Positions 1 to 15,524 of a stretch of 64,000 nucleotides of DNA are shown piece after piece. How positions within the stretch are numbered: the stretch's first letter is position 1; each line of letters starts with the position of its first letter. Position numbers and translations under genes: made by a program. This stretch comes from Amoebidium appalachense (Eukaryota > Protista > Ichthyosporea): contig CAVNZM010000009.1 in NCBI GenBank assembly GCA_963693365.1, positions 2,606,231 through 2,670,230 of the forward strand. Reading direction: 5' to 3'. The notes beneath the pieces are model-generated. The model searched no databases. It was not told where the DNA came from and was given only the letters and a program-made list of their open reading frames with translations.

Positions 1-277
1 AATCCGTCATACACCTCGCTAATTATTGAATAACGGAAGCTACGCCATGCGCATGAGAGAAAACCCCAGGACAGTATAGGGAAGGTGAAATCAGATTGAC
101 AGATATATATTTGGTCAGATAAACTCATCACGAGGGGAAAACTTGGACAAAATGCGAGATATAATTGGACAACATGTGGGGGAAACTTGCACAAAATGCA
201 ACACAATTTTGGACACAATGGGAGATAGATTTGGCCAGAATGCGAGAAAAACATGGACAAAAAGGAGTTAAACCCAC

Positions 278-1317
278 CGGTGTAGCGGATGGGGTGTTTG
301 ATGCCCCAGCACTCCTTCTTGACTGGGGTGCCATACATCATGCAGTTGATGCAGTAGCCCTCAAGGGGACATGCCTTGGCGTTCTTGCCGTACTGTGTGT
401 GCGCCACCCGTACATGTTAGCACCATGCAGCGTTTTTTAAAATACCTTTTGCTCAAGCAAAAAACCGGACTGATGTCGGCCACATGAAAACAAAAGGCTA
501 AAGCACTTGTACACTCTTGTACAGTGCTTAACCTCTTGAGGACCGTTAATTTCTCGACATCGAGATCGAGGTCACCAGCACGGAAACGACCAAGTTTGTG
601 CTCTAATGTGAACATGAAGTTGATAGGAACTAGCCAAATGAAAGTTGCACGAGATTAGAAAATACACTTATCCTTCGTCTTATGCCCCAAAAAAAATTGA
701 ACTTTACTCTAATAACGATACCCTTGTATTTGGTGTATCTACAAAGGGTGCTTGCCGGCTTGACGAGTCAATGACGACATCGAAATGCTGTCAAATGCAA
801 TCTTCTGATTGGATCATGGTGAAAATGGCTCCAAATGGCCAAACATGATTGGCCGGTTCAGTCAACATTCGACGGCAACTCAAAATCTCGAAAGTCACTT
901 CAGAAGCAGATATAAAAGTATACGAAATAATGATATTTTCCCAAAACCATCTTAGTAACGTTTGTAGGTACATATACCTGTCGGCATATGCTTTTTTTTA
1001 TTTATATATATAGCTTTTTCTATCGATTTTGAGCCGCAACAGAGTTGTTTAGGACCCAACCGGGAGCCGGTAAAATCAATTATTCCGGTCCTCTAGAGGG
1101 TGATTATTTTAGTTGTGAGGGTTGCAGCTCTTCCCGATACTGAACCCGTTGTTCCCATTGAACAGGGCTTGTATTACACACACAGACACTAATAGCTGTG
1201 TGTATTCTATCTTGCTTGTATGGAAAACCTTGTTTGCCCCGTCCACCTTATATTTTCACCCGATCCATGCAAAAACCTTTAACCAACTGCTGCGACCTCC
1301 AAACCGTAACAAAAAGC

Positions 1318-1359
<42 letters not shown>

Positions 1360-1516
1360 ACCCCCCCCCCCCCCCCACACACACACACACAGCACCACCA
1401 CCACACGTACACACCCCACCCACCCACATAAACACACAAACAGAAGGGGGGGAAGGGGGGAGGGGGGAGAGGGGGAGGGACAGAATAAATAAAAAACATC
1501 AAAGACGATGGCAACG

Positions 1517-1582
<66 letters not shown>

Positions 1583-1864
1583 ACCTTCTTGTAGTCGACA
1601 GCGTTGTAAGGGTTGCAGGTCTCGTCGGGCAGACCATAAAGGCGCATGTACTCAAACACGTCACGAGGCTCACCGCCACCACACCCATTGCTCAGTTTGT
1701 GGAAGGGCGCACAGTCCAGAACCGTCTGGCGGCCAAACATTACGGGTGCATACTTGCCGCCCTGTGTGGTTGGGGGTGGTGGTGGTGAGAAAGGTGTGAG
1801 CAACTACACAACTCAAGAAAATGTTCTGCATGTGATCGTGCAATGAAAGGAATCTGCAGAGAAA

Positions 1865-1895
<31 letters not shown>

Positions 1896-3518
1896 TATCC
1901 CCTGGTAGATGTTTTCCTTGCATGGCGAGGAAGACATGTACACGAGCAAATTGTTACATCCCAAGCTTGCAATGAGAACGCTTACCCCCCCCCCCCCCCC
2001 CCCCCCGCGAAAAATAAAATAATTTAAAATTCACACACACACACCACCAACCCACACCACTCCTGCAAAACACTTCCTTCCTCCTTAGATAGCTCCATAT
2101 TGTTCTTTCACTTCTTTTCACCACCACCAACGAATCACTAAATGCATCATTCGGTCACACCAATTGTTCGCATCCTAAACCAGCAACACCTACTGTTTGC
2201 ACCTCCCTGTATGCACCTCCCATCATCCATTCTTCTCACCCCCAGCACCTACTGTTTGCACCTTCCATCATCCATTTTTCTCACCCTTAGCACCCACTGT
2301 TTGCACCTTCCAGCACTAACTGTTTGCACCCATTACCTGCTGGATATGGTAGCGGTCCATCAGTGTGGACAGGGTGGCATGCAGCCAGCATGAGCCGCAG
2401 TAGACGGGGATGTGCTGGTTCCACGAGGGCACACACAGACTGCGCCCGTCCGGCAGCTGGCACCAGTTGTAGTTGGACGGAAGGCTCTGGAAACACGAAC
2501 CCCGTGTGAGTTCCATGCTCTTGAACCATTCCTTATGCTACCCCTTTGAACGTTTCCCATTCAATGCTCTTATACGACCCCCCCCCCCCCCCCCCCTCCC
2601 CCGGACCTGCCCTCCAAATCATCCATCGCTCAAGTTTTTGCCTGACTTGATAATCCCCCCCCCCCCCCCCCCCCCCTCTCCACCATATCACCCAAACCGG
2701 GTCTTTTGTCTAGTTTGGATCCTTGTCTTCAACCAACTCACCCACACTTCTGTATCAGAGGCTGCTATCTGCAATAGCACTCTTCTTCTATGCTCCCCCT
2801 TCCCCCCCCCCCCCCCTACCCCTCTCCATGCCCACATAAACCACCGCCATTCCCCCCTCACCCTCCCCCATGCCCCCCCTCCCCCTACAAGAGCACTTCA
2901 CAAAGTACCTCTGCTTACACCAACGAGGAGACGGAGCCATACACGAGCTTTACGAAATGTCGAAACTGGAAACAACCGCACCATGATCTAATTATCCAAT
3001 GTTACAAGCAACCTAGCAAACCGAGAGAGTAGTGAAAGTGGGAAAGTTGCTGCTCAACGGCAAGCCAATGCAAAAAAAGGAAACTCGAAAAGGCCAACAA
3101 GGAATACATAAGAGAAGGTGTCTAAGGTGTGTGGGTATACACGTGTAAGTATACACCGAAGAGCTACTCAGTGGACACGGTAACCCCATGAGAAGAGCAA
3201 GCACTGCCTTTTGTTTGTGTGCATGTGAGGAGGGGGAGGATGAGGGGGAGCTGGGGAGAGGATTAGAAGGTACACGAAAACACAAGAGAAAGCAACAGTG
3301 TAGGTAAACAGACAAACATGGAACTTGGCACACCATCAGCAGCAACAAAATCATCATAAGACGGATATTTTACCCCACACTAGAGCACGGTTTGCCTTCA
3401 ACATGCAAATAAAAGCTAACAATCGAGCTAGCCGTACCTCTGCAGATTGCTTGATGGCGTTCAAGTCAGCCATGCTGTTCGGATGAGCAGCACGAATTGC
3501 TTCAGACTCTGCCTGGCG

Positions 3519-3560
<42 letters not shown>

Positions 3561-4105
3561 GGGGTGTGTATGTGCGCATGCGCAAGGAGAGGATTCCGGG
3601 AAAGTAAGCCGGGGGAGGGGGGGAGGGGGGGGGGGGGAGATGGAGACAAGTGAAGGGGATTGAGAATGATTAGTACCTGACAGCAACACAAATCAACAGG
3701 AAAAAGTCATTTCCAAAGTGTTGCCCCTTCAAAGCATGCCCTGCCGCAGGCCTGGGTCGACAGGCCTTGTGTTGCTGGCTCTTGAAATTGAAACTTTAAT
3801 AGCAAGGGTGTAGTTGTTTTTATGCCAAATCATACTAAACGATTTTTCGTAAAGAAACCGGCGAAACTGAGCCCAGCCATGAATACGGACACTCGACGGC
3901 ACAATCACAGTGATGAAGGCAAAAACAAGCCCGAAGAGAACTGGCTTCATCCACGTCCTTCTGCAAGCACAGTTCTGGCCAACCGAAAAGATAGAAAACT
4001 GCCTGGAGAAGCGAGAAGTTAGCTTACCTGTCGGCGCAGCTCAGGGTCAGAGTAGCAGCCAGCATGGGCCAGGCCCACAACGGAGAGAATTCCAAACAAC
4101 TTCAT
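278..4105 (-). CDS. Cathepsin Z/X-like papain-family (C1A) cysteine protease, multi-exon; 3' part lies beyond the left window edge
   Basis: GT-AG exons in phase: 4105-4028 (signal peptide MKLFGILSVVGLAHAG), ~3512-3438, 2486-2337 (SWNQHIPVYCGSCWLH, the cathepsin Z NQHIP-x-YCGSCW signature with catalytic Cys), 1761-1585 (QTVLDC...GCGGG...GLPDETCNPY) and 392-278 (CPLEGYCINC...ECWGIKHPIRYT). The catalytic His/Asn exons are not in the window. Confidence 0.92.
2186..2330. repeat. Intronic minisatellite
   Basis: Repeated cacc(t/c)actgtttgcacc(t)tccatcatcca units of about 45 bp in a cathepsin intron. Confidence 0.75.
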
Positions 4106-4897
4106 TCTCTGATGCCTGTAAAGAAAGAACAAGGGTTTTAGTTTCACATGTCCCTTCGCAGCAGAGTCTTCGCAAACAGCAAAAAGCGTTCAACCTGCAC
4201 CTAAGAAGCCCTTAGCTTTAAAAATCTTCCACCTACTCACGTAGATGATAATATTCCAAACAGGAATATGTACGGCTGTTATAATACCAGAGAGGCTCAT
4301 GCTTCGACAATACAACCCAAACAAGCATGTTATTCTTTCCTGGACACCCTCCTATTTTTTTCCCAAAATGTCAGGGCTGCCAACCACACCAGCGTAGCTA
4401 ATCCCCCAGTTGCTCCCTTTCTCCAAATCTCACACAAACCTTAAACCGAAACTTTCTCACCACCCTCTCCATGTAGAAAACGGTGTCTCCCATCCCACTG
4501 TGCCAAAATCTTTCGTTCTCTTTGCGCCAACCCCAACCTGCCTTACCATGCCAATACAGCTACTATACCACACTTCTTCCATAGCACTAAAAAAGAATAG
4601 CTAGCAAAAGCTGTAAACCTGCTTCGTTCATTCAAGCGCATTGAAACACCAAAAACTTACTTTTACAAACGACACAAACGCACGTTCATGCAGGGCAGTC
4701 TGAAACTGACTGGCCCGGGAGGTAAAGTTTTGTTTTGGTCGTGACGTCAGAGGCTCGCCTGACAAAACACCCATATATGGCAGTTGCCGTTTTCAACCAA
4801 TCGGAAGCCTGCCACAAGGTAGATGGCGCGATTTTTTTTTTTTTTTTTTTTTTTGTTCCCAGCTTAAGCGGGGCAAACTTGGAAAGAAAGAAAAAGG

Positions 4898-4933
<36 letters not shown>

Positions 4934-5090
4934 GACACGTCTCCTACAACTATATGGCTTGTTGCGAACTTGAGAGCTGTTGGCTTGGTGCCAATACCTA
5001 GTCACCATAACAGCCTTGTGCGCTTACGGTGCATGCATCCTGCATATGCATTAGCATGTGATGGCCGCCAGTGGCCCGGTCTCGAAAACT

Positions 5091-5145
<55 letters not shown>

Positions 5146-7409
5146 CCCCCCTACCCTCCTTGCCCCAGAGCCCTAGCTATAACAGCACACACAATATGGG
5201 GAACACAAGGACACCATGGCTGCCCCTGCAAGTAAAAAAAAGGATCATTAACCACAAAAAAAAAAGGGGGGGGAAGAAAGAAAAAGACATTCAACTTGTT
5301 GCCATGGTAAGGACTTGACGGCCCCTGATCTCACTGCAGATTTGTGTATCATAGGTGGAGCACATGTATTGACCTGGGAGTTGTACATAGGGTGTTATCA
5401 CAGGACTCGTGTACACAATATCAGTAGGCATGATACCTGAGAAAGCGAGAGCTGAATTTGAACGAGGAGCTGTGCCAAGTAGCGCATTTAAATTTCAAGG
5501 GGCCCGGACATGCTAGCACGATGTGACACAAAAAAACGAAAGCAAGGTTATACACTTATAAACGAGGCAGGTGTGCCAAGCAGTTGTTTTCAGCCGTACC
5601 AGCGTGCGCATGCCCCACCCCTTGAAAGAGACGCTTGCAATAAAATTCTGATGCCAGGCATAGACTCGGACACGTGGAAGGCCCTAACTTCAGGAAACGT
5701 AAAGACAACGTTAACTCACATGCTGAATGGCCCGTGTACACATAGTGCAACAACAGCTCCGTCTGCCAGTGTATTGAAACACTTCTTATATATTTTCATA
5801 GATATACTCTCCACAATAATTGTGAAGGAGTAAAGTTGTTCCGTGTGTGACACATGTGTACTACCCTCGGTCACACAACTGCCAAAAAAAAGAGATATCA
5901 GAATAAATGTGGAGCAGAGGCAGGATTCGGTCCTGTGACCTCTGTAAGAGACAATCACTTCTACATAGCGGATCGAGAGTAGAGAGGTTCGCAGGAAGTT
6001 GTTCGAGATCTCGGATCCTCCGGCAGTACCATCTGAGGATGGTCCGGCTGGAGTGCACGCACATGAGCGGATGCCAGTCCGCGATTACATCGTCCAATAG
6101 GATTACAGATAGTCTCTCAGGAATAATAAATCGGGATTATGTACTAGCCAATAAGAAGACAGTTATGGTTCCTGGCGTATGCGGCCCCAGGCGGTCCCCA
6201 AGTACGCGGGGGTGGGATAGGCGGGAACAGGCTAAGTACGTGACTGGGAAGAGCAAGAATAAACAGATAGACTATTCTATCATAACAAGAGAGCCTCGGA
6301 GAGAAGAGTGGCACCCTTCAACAAGTTGGATTGCGACACCCATCATGCCCGTGACCACACGTGTGTGACGTCATCGAATCGCTGAGTGTTTATGGAGATC
6401 TTGAACCCCTGGCAAATCATGGGACCTGCATTTTTCCAATATTATCAGAATTTTCTCCCTTTCAAGTTTAAAACATAGTAATACATTAGTTTCGAAAAAA
6501 TAAAGGTTATGTATGCCCCATAGCTTTCGAATATTTTATAAAATAAAAAATAAAACAAGGGTGAATGAAGAAAATTTTAGGAATCATGAGGATAGTTCAC
6601 ACAGCATTGTGAGAGCAAGAACACAAAATCATAAAACCCCTCAGCACACAGTTTCTCGATTCATCAAGAGTTTAGAGAGATTGTTAGCAGTTGCTACCAA
6701 GACCTGGATATCTCAAGTAAGCCAAACGTTTCTGATAAGTATGAAGCTTTTCTCGTTTTATGATCTTTAACAGGGCATATTCATCTTGGATCACTGGGCC
6801 GCTTATCCTGGATTCTAAGTCCTAAGTATCTTTCCCTCGAGTAAACAGCGTAAACCCCATCATAACCTAGGAGCTCAGTCAGTGTATTTAGGTCACCCTA
6901 ATTTGGGTGTTGTGACCAGGGTTCTGATTTCCATGTTATTTTGATTTTTGTTTCCCGATTGCGGCTTCCCGATTTCCTGCTGGCAACATGCATCACAAAG
7001 GGCTCATTCTTTAAGAAAGCACCGTTAAACCGATTTTTATTAATATAGCCGACAAGTTTAAAGCAGAGGCTTTCCATAATTTCTGAAATATTATATGCTA
7101 TAATGTAGTGTAATCAGAAGTGTAATCTAGATCTACAAATTTAACGTTCACCACCTCTCATTCTGAAATACCAAGATTGAGAACCGTAATTATTGATTGT
7201 GTTACCAACCTTGTAAGAGTGCAACTAGGGGGTCAGCATATAGCCAGTCGCATTTCTAAGTTCGTCATCCGCTCGAGGGATCGTGAACGGTAAAACTGTG
7301 GCAACTTCCGCGAAAGCTATAAAGTCCCTCTTGGATATAGTTTTGTATATTATTCTCCCTCATCATTCCTGAGTACACTCTCTGCTTCTCTGAAAACTAA
7401 CGACAGAAA

Positions 7410-8258
7410 ATGGTGTCGAAAGCTGAGCAAGCGGGTACGACCACGCCCTTCGATGGGATCTGCACGTTGGATAATCTCAAGGTGGGTAAACGTGTCCGCA
7501 CACCCATTTACAACGGGATTATAATTCCCCATCCTTCACTGTGCACCACACGTTCTGCTTGCATTATGCTAACTGCGAACTCCTCGTTGTGTCAAGTCAA
7601 ACCTATAAAACGTCTTTTCACTTGACTGTTTACATTGCGTGCAAACTTATACAGCTTCCACCAAACAATACATGGACCATGCGTGAAAATCGCAGGGGGT
7701 TGATGGAACATGCTTAAAGCACCCACCCCATCCCTCATCCCTCGATATCTTTCCAGTTTACAACATACCAAAAGCTTTTGCCCTTATCCTTATACCTCCC
7801 ATCTTCCTCCACATTCTGCTTACCGAGTCACTGTGCATTTGCATGGTTCGTACATCTACCATTTGCAAGCATGTCACCCACCCACAAGAATGTCATCAAG
7901 ATATTCGGCCCAAACTCCTCCCTGCGATTTGGCTTTACCTGCAGTCAGTTGAATCTCCACGCGTGCACAAATAAAATCGCCTTATGAAGCACAAATTCCC
8001 AATATTCTCTCTTACATCAACTAAAAGCTTGATATGATTGATAAATTGTGAAAGTGTTTTCAAGATTTGCGCTTTGATCCCTTCCATAGACAACTAAATC
8101 CGCGTTCTGCTTTGTCCGGATCACCAGGTCATACAAGCAACCGTTTTGCCACCCTTTTTTTATATTATAACCTTTTTGATTAGCTTGGCTTTTTTGTCAT
8201 TGCAAAGTTCTTCATTGACTTTCGAATCGAAGTTAGATTCGCAGATGCACTCTGGACT

Positions 8259-8290
<32 letters not shown>

Positions 8291-8801
8291 TTCTGCTCAA
8301 CACACTCGACCCATCTTTCTTCTGGTGCTCTTTTTCCCTTACTTGTTTTCTCGATAACTTCAAAAAAGTTGAAATGTTTTGATTTCTCATGTTGCCTTGA
8401 CAGGATGTGAGGGAGAACCTTCGCCAAGTCTTTGCGTCTGGAAAGACGCTGCCGTATGCCTGGCGTCACAAGGTATACAGTGTCAAAGAAATTGCAGTGC
8501 GGGTTAAGGTTCTGTGCATCTCTTAAAATCAATGAATATTGCAGCCGAAAAGGAAGAAAGGGAGTGTAGTATGGTTGCAGCCCACCACACACACGCACAC
8601 ACACACACGCGCGCGCGCACACACACGCACGCACACATACATGTGTGTGCAGGCCTGCACACACACACACACACAAATGCAAGTTGGGACATGTGTTCAC
8701 TGCTGTGCATTTGGGCCGCTCCTCTTCCCCCCTTCCCCCCACCTGCTGCCCGCCCCGCCCCGCACCCCACACACATACACACATATAGCACATACACACA
8801 C

Positions 8802-8844
<43 letters not shown>

Positions 8845-8981
8845 CCCGTTTTTTCTTGAATGTCACCAACATTCTTTCGGATAAAACTGAGCATGTCTTT
8901 GTTTTGCAGCAACTGAAGCAGCTCGAGAAACTGTTGGTTGAGAATGAAGACAACATCATCGGTGCCGTTATGGTTTTTTAG

Positions 8982-9013
<32 letters not shown>

Positions 9014-10372
9014 CCCCGCCCCACCCGCCCCTTCCATCTGCCTGTTCCCCCGCCCTTGCTGGTCTCCCCTCCCTTTTCGCATAGAGTAGATGGTCAATCG
9101 GTTTATGTGGCCACCCTGAAACTCTATAATTATTGAGGAAAAAAAATCATCTCTAGCTTACGGCGCGAAGCGAAGCGAACATTGTGCGAGGTTGTAATAT
9201 CTACACTCTCTCGACATCTAAGATCGATATTAGCTATATATTCCCACTTTCTCGATACCTAAAAGACATATATTCCCACTATCTCAGTGACTTGACATAT
9301 ACTCTCATTATCTTGATATCTAGACATACACCCCCATTATCTCGTTATCTAGACACATTTTCTACTTCCTCAAACTGCGTCGATATCTAGGCATGTTTTA
9401 TTCTCACTAATTCGATATTATCTAGACTATTCCCACCATTTCAAAACTTTCTAGACATACATTCCCACTATTCCGTCTTGGCTTATAATCTCGATATCTA
9501 GAAATATGTCCCCACTATCTCAATATCTAGACATTTATTCTCCATATCTGGAAATCTAGATATATGTTATTCCTCTATATCAATGCCAAGACATATTTTC
9601 GTTATCTCGCCATCTAACCAGTTTTTTTTTTCTCCCTCCCTCCTTCCCCAACAGCAAGACCTTGGGAAAAAGACGAAGCTAGAAGCAGCCGCAAGCGACT
9701 GGGCAGTTCCCCTGAAGGTAGTCAGAAGTTGCATACGGAACCTAAGTGGTTGGATGAAGCCTCGCTCAAAGTATTCCCCACTGCTTCTGTTCCCGGCATC
9801 ATCGGAAATCATCCCGTCACCAAAGGGGACCGTGCTGATTCTGTCTCCTTGGGTACTGATTTTCCCCCTTCTTTTTCTATCGTTTCTTTCTTTCTTTCTT
9901 CTTTTCTGTCTTCTTTCTTTTCTTTTCTTTTCTTTTTTTCTTTTCTTTTCTTTTTCTCTTTTCTTTTCTTCTTTTTTGTGTGTGTGCAATGTCTAAATTC
10001 CTTTTTATGTCTGTAAGTAGGAATGGGAAATGGGGAAAAGGAGAAACGGGGTTCGGATGTGGAACACGATACGAGCAGAACTACACGATGGGAAAAACGG
10101 TAAAGGGCACGTGCTAAAGCAGGCGTTCAAGAACCCAACATCGGGAACCCATTTTTTTTCCCGGGGGGGGGGGGGGGGGGGGGGGGGGGGAGGGGGGACA
10201 CACTGCACACACACACACACACACAATGCAGTAATGAATCCCTTTTCGAGAAGGCGGGAAAGCGTTGATCCAAGCATATGCCTAAACACGTGCACATGTA
10301 TGCATTGGCTGCCACACAACCACGCACACACATACGAACGTGCACACGCACATCCGAGAGATTGCGCACACG

Positions 10373-10407
<35 letters not shown>

Positions 10408-11180
10408 ATGCACACACACGCGCACGCGCCAATACCACCACCTTTGTGATACACCCCTTTCACCTCTCACCACACACACAGCACACACATGCATACACCT
10501 CCATGTTCACTTACAGGTAGAGGCACAACCAGTTGAAGGGCACGTGTATACTTCATGCTTGTGTAGGGTTGTGTGTTGTGTTCGTGTACGTGTGTGGGTG
10601 TGGGTGTGGGTTTGTGGGTGTAGTGAGCTCATGCGTGAAAACATGCCCTGTTTTTGTGTTTGTGTGTGTAAACACGGGCTACTTGTGCACACGGACATAT
10701 GTGTGCCTGCATGTGTGTGCGCGTTTGTGTGGTGTGGGTCAAAGTGTGTGTGTGCGTAGCGTGTGCGCGCCTGTGCGTGTGTGCATGGTTGTGTTTGTCT
10801 GTGAGTGTGTGTTTGTGCAGATATCTTGGTAACAGTTTGTCCACTAACCTTGCAATGACTGCTTGTGTTTTCGACTTTGACTAACACTGGAATATACCGA
10901 AATGGGTCGACACAGAACTACCCGGTGCAGCTAGGTACTCCTCTCTACCCCTCCCCCCCCCCCCCCCCCCCCCCCCCCGGCCCCGCCCCGCCTCTCCCTC
11001 CCCACCTTCCCCCCGCCTCCTTTGCCCCTCTTTCGGAGCACGTTTCTACCCCGTTCCGTAGTTTCCTCGATTTCACCCAATCCTTGTTGTCAAGCACACA
11101 CAAGGTGCCTTGGATGCTTTTTCACGGGGTTTTTCGAGGACACACCATTCTATTCATTTTATCCCCCCTTCCCCCCCTTC

Positions 11181-11216
<36 letters not shown>

Positions 11217-11507
11217 ACAAAAAAAAATAAAAAAAATACTAAAATATAAAGAAAACCTGATTCTCCCATGCTTGTGTTTCCTTCACTTTGAGGGACAGTT
11301 TTGTGACACACAATAAAGAGATACGGCAGCCAACGAATGTGCATGTAAGCAAGCACAAACAAGCACACACACACTTACACAGACATGTGCGGGCGGACGT
11401 GTTCACGCACACACGCACACAAACACCAGCACACCAATATACGTATACACCCGCACATACGTGGAGTTGCACAAGCGCGATACACGTACAAGGCGCCCGC
11501 GCGCGCA

Positions 11508-11560
<53 letters not shown>

Positions 11561-12008
11561 AAGCACATACCACACTCCATTTTAGGCATGCAATCTACTA
11601 TACGTAGTTTCCCGCCAACCCAACATAATGTATAGGAGCAAAGTGTCACGTCTCTTCCACACAGCGCTCTCACTTTTCATCTACAATGATCTCATGGCCC
11701 TTACCTAATCTGATTGTTTGCCATGCACAGCCATCATCCCATTGGCTGGTGCCATAGCTGCAGGCAACACGGTGCTACTAAAGGTGTCTCCCTTCTCAGC
11801 CAACATTGCACGAGTTCTCTGTGAGCTGATTCCAAAGTAACCCCCCCCCCCCCCCCCCCCCCCCCCCTCGCTCTCTCGCCCTCTCTCTCTCTCTCTGTCT
11901 CTCTGTCTGTCTGACTCTCCCCGCTCACCCCATCTTCCCTCCTCTGTCTCACTCTTTTTTCTGCTCCCGCCCTCCCCCCTCCCCCCCCTCCCCCCCCCCC
12001 CCTCCCCC

Positions 12009-12055
<47 letters not shown>

Positions 12056-12337
12056 ACACGCACACACACAAACACACAACCCCTCATCTTTCCCCCTTAC
12101 TCCTGCTTCCATCCTCACGTTTTACCTCTCGATTTCCGCTGTGTTGGCAACCACAAAGAACACCTTTGTTAGTGTGCTTTGTGCCCATATGTGGTGGTTG
12201 GGCAGACGGACGGTCTAGGGCAGGCATACCCCCCTCCCCCCTCTCCCCCTCTCCCCCCCTCCCCCCCCCCCCCCCCGGGAGTGCCTCTCTCCCCCAAACA
12301 CACACATACACACATGCACCACCCCCTTCCCCCCCCC

Positions 12338-12385
<48 letters not shown>

Positions 12386-13168
12386 ACCACCACCACCACC
12401 ACCATCACCACCACAAACACACCCGAACACACACAGACACCCACTTGCATGGTCTCACATCTCTTTCCCACGCACGCACAAAAATGCGCATTCGGACCCA
12501 TTATTAAGCACATTGCTAAAGCATACATTCGTTTCAGGTATATGGACACGAGCTGTGTAGCCGTGGAGGGTGCCGGCAGCAAGGAGATCATCAGTGGTAC
12601 GTGCAAGGGTTAAACTTCTTAACTTATCGTCCGCTTTTTCCTTTTTCCGTTCGTTTTTCGGTGTTTTTTGTTGGACATGCTTGTATCGTTACATAGGGGC
12701 ATGCTGGATTTTACTGGTCGTCACCCATGGGGCTTGGGTTGGGTTGGGATGACCAGTAGCATGTGCATGGTTGAAGCATGAACGTTTTATTGTCTGCATC
12801 ATTCCGTGTTTTGTTTCTTTTTCCTCCTTCCCTCCCTCCACCCTCCTCCCTCTGCAATACGTTTCAATAAGGTCCAAGAGCATCCTAAAGTAGTGTTTAC
12901 GGAGGAAGAAAGGCAATTTCGGTAGTGTTTCAATCGACGGGAGGTTGGATAGGGGAACGTATGTGTGCGCGTGTGCGCATGCACGTGGAGAGGTAGAGGC
13001 GGCGAGGTGGGAAGGGGTGGAGGTAGGTGCGGGCGGGCGGGCGGGCGGGCAGGGGGGAGGGGGGGGGGGGGGGGGGGGCATAATGCTGACTGTAGGTGCC
13101 ACAGCCATGCTGGAGCTTCAGTGGGATCACATCTTCTTCACTGGAAGTACAACGGTTGGTTCCCCCCC

Positions 13169-13222
<54 letters not shown>

Positions 13223-13303
13223 ACGCACACATCCAACCCCCGGCATCCCCCTGCACAGGCATGTGTGCACACACGTACACACGTGTATACTCGCGTGCGC
13301 GCG

Positions 13304-13361
<58 letters not shown>

Positions 13362-13843
13362 ATCTCGCGTTGTTGTTGGGGCCTGCACAAAACAAACACA
13401 CCTACTCCCATCCCAGGAGAGAAAGAGAGAAAAACGTGGCTCTTTTGTTTTGTTCAAGTACTTTCGGCACCTTTCGATCTTTGACATCCACATGCTGGTG
13501 CTACATAGACGCTGTTCGTAAATTTTGGTTTACACCAGTTAGACAATACTTTCTAACTGCTTGCATATTTATCGTGTGCGATTAGATATACTTGTATATC
13601 CTTCCCGTACCATTGCATTTACGTGGACATGCATCCCGCTAGATATACCCACTAATATCCCATCCCATGCCAATGGCCCTTGCATGAAATTCTCTTGCAT
13701 GTTCTTGCCTATCTAACCCAACCATACACATACACACACACACACACACATAACACACACACACACTCACACACACACACACACACACACTCACACTCAC
13801 TCACTCACTCACTCACTCACTCACTCACTCACTCACTCACTCA

Positions 13844-13914
<71 letters not shown>

Positions 13915-14543
13915 TATTGAACAGTAGTTGCATACAATCCCATCTCATCAGAAATACTTACCCATGCCAATATACACATAGGTGGGCAAGATAGTCTATC
14001 AAGCGGCTGCCAGATATCTCACCCCCGTAACTCTGGAGCTGGGGGGCAAAAACCCCGTCTACATTGATAGGGAGGTCTCAAATATGGAGGTGGCTGTCCG
14101 CCGTATTTTCTGGTATACCTACTGGACCCCCTCCCCCCCCCCCCCCCCCCCCCGTTTTGTTCCCCCCGTTCTTATTCTCCCACCCCCCCCCCCCCCCACC
14201 CCCCCCCCCTCTCCCCCCACCCACCCCCCCTAAACACACCACCACCACCACCACATTCTTCGTCCTGCACGTTTTAAATCTGTGGCAAAGATAGTTATTC
14301 AGTATCTTTGCTTACATGGCTGTCACTCTTATGTCGCACATACCTCCCCCCCCCCCCCCCCCCCCCCCCCCCCAACCCGCCACACACACACACTCTTGTG
14401 CACAGTCAGTGTTAAGTGTCTAATTCAGACTCTTCGTTATTTGTCCCTGTAACCTTCACGCTCTGTGCTTTCTCTCCCTCTCTCTGCCCCCCTCTAGAAT
14501 AAGCACATATGCATACACACATCCACACATACAACCCAACCCA

Positions 14544-14574
<31 letters not shown>

Positions 14575-14592
14575 AAAGAAAACTTGCTACAA

Positions 14593-14627
<35 letters not shown>

Positions 14628-14753
14628 CCCCAACGGTTCTGTGTGCGCATGTGCACTCCCACCACTTTGAACTATGCGTCCTACATCACTCACCCCTGCC
14701 TTTCCGCTTGCTCACAGATACCCTGGCTTTCGGAATTCAACACAAAACGAGAG

Positions 14754-14784
<31 letters not shown>

Positions 14785-14943
14785 GCGCACACACATACAT
14801 ACAGGGGCAAGCTACTCAACTGTGGGCAGACCTGTCTTGCCCCCGACTATGTTCTTTGCCACAAAGACTCTCTCGACAGGTTTATGGAAACTGTCCCAAA
14901 AGTGTTGAAGGTATACCAAATACCTTCCAAAACACACACAGAG

Positions 14944-15000
<57 letters not shown>

Positions 15001-15439
15001 CAGAGTGTGAGAGAGAGAGAGGGGAAGGGGGGAGAGAAAAAAAGAGAGAGAGAGACGCACACGCAAACGCACACGTTCGTACACACATACACACACGTAC
15101 ATCCGTGCACACATACACACACACACACACACGTACACACACGATGCATACTCTGACCATGTCATGTGTTTGTGCATGTCATTTGCGTGCCACCGTGGTT
15201 GTTCTCGGTGTTTCTTTACACCGGGCGTTTATCTCTATCCCTTCTTCTCCCCTCCTTTCCCACCCCCCACCCCACCCCCACCCCACCCCCCTTAGCCTCC
15301 GTTCCATCCCATGCAACCGTTTTTTTTACCATCAAGGTACCTCAGTATTCTTGGGAACCTTTGGGTCATGATCATTATATCTCGTACACCTTTGAACATC
15401 CATGACATATGCATGCACCCGCGCATGCATGCACACAGG

Positions 15440-15524
<85 letters not shown>

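Noticed and set aside
3729-3950. Signal-peptide-like ORF as cathepsin exon 1
   Set aside because: 4105-4028 gives a better signal peptide with a canonical gtaagc donor in phase, which places this ORF in an intron.
5935-7350. Possible LTR remnants upstream of ALDH (tgtaagag ends, TGGTAACA PBS-like motif near 7200 on the minus strand)
   Set aside because: No paired LTR, TSD or coding remnant could be established.
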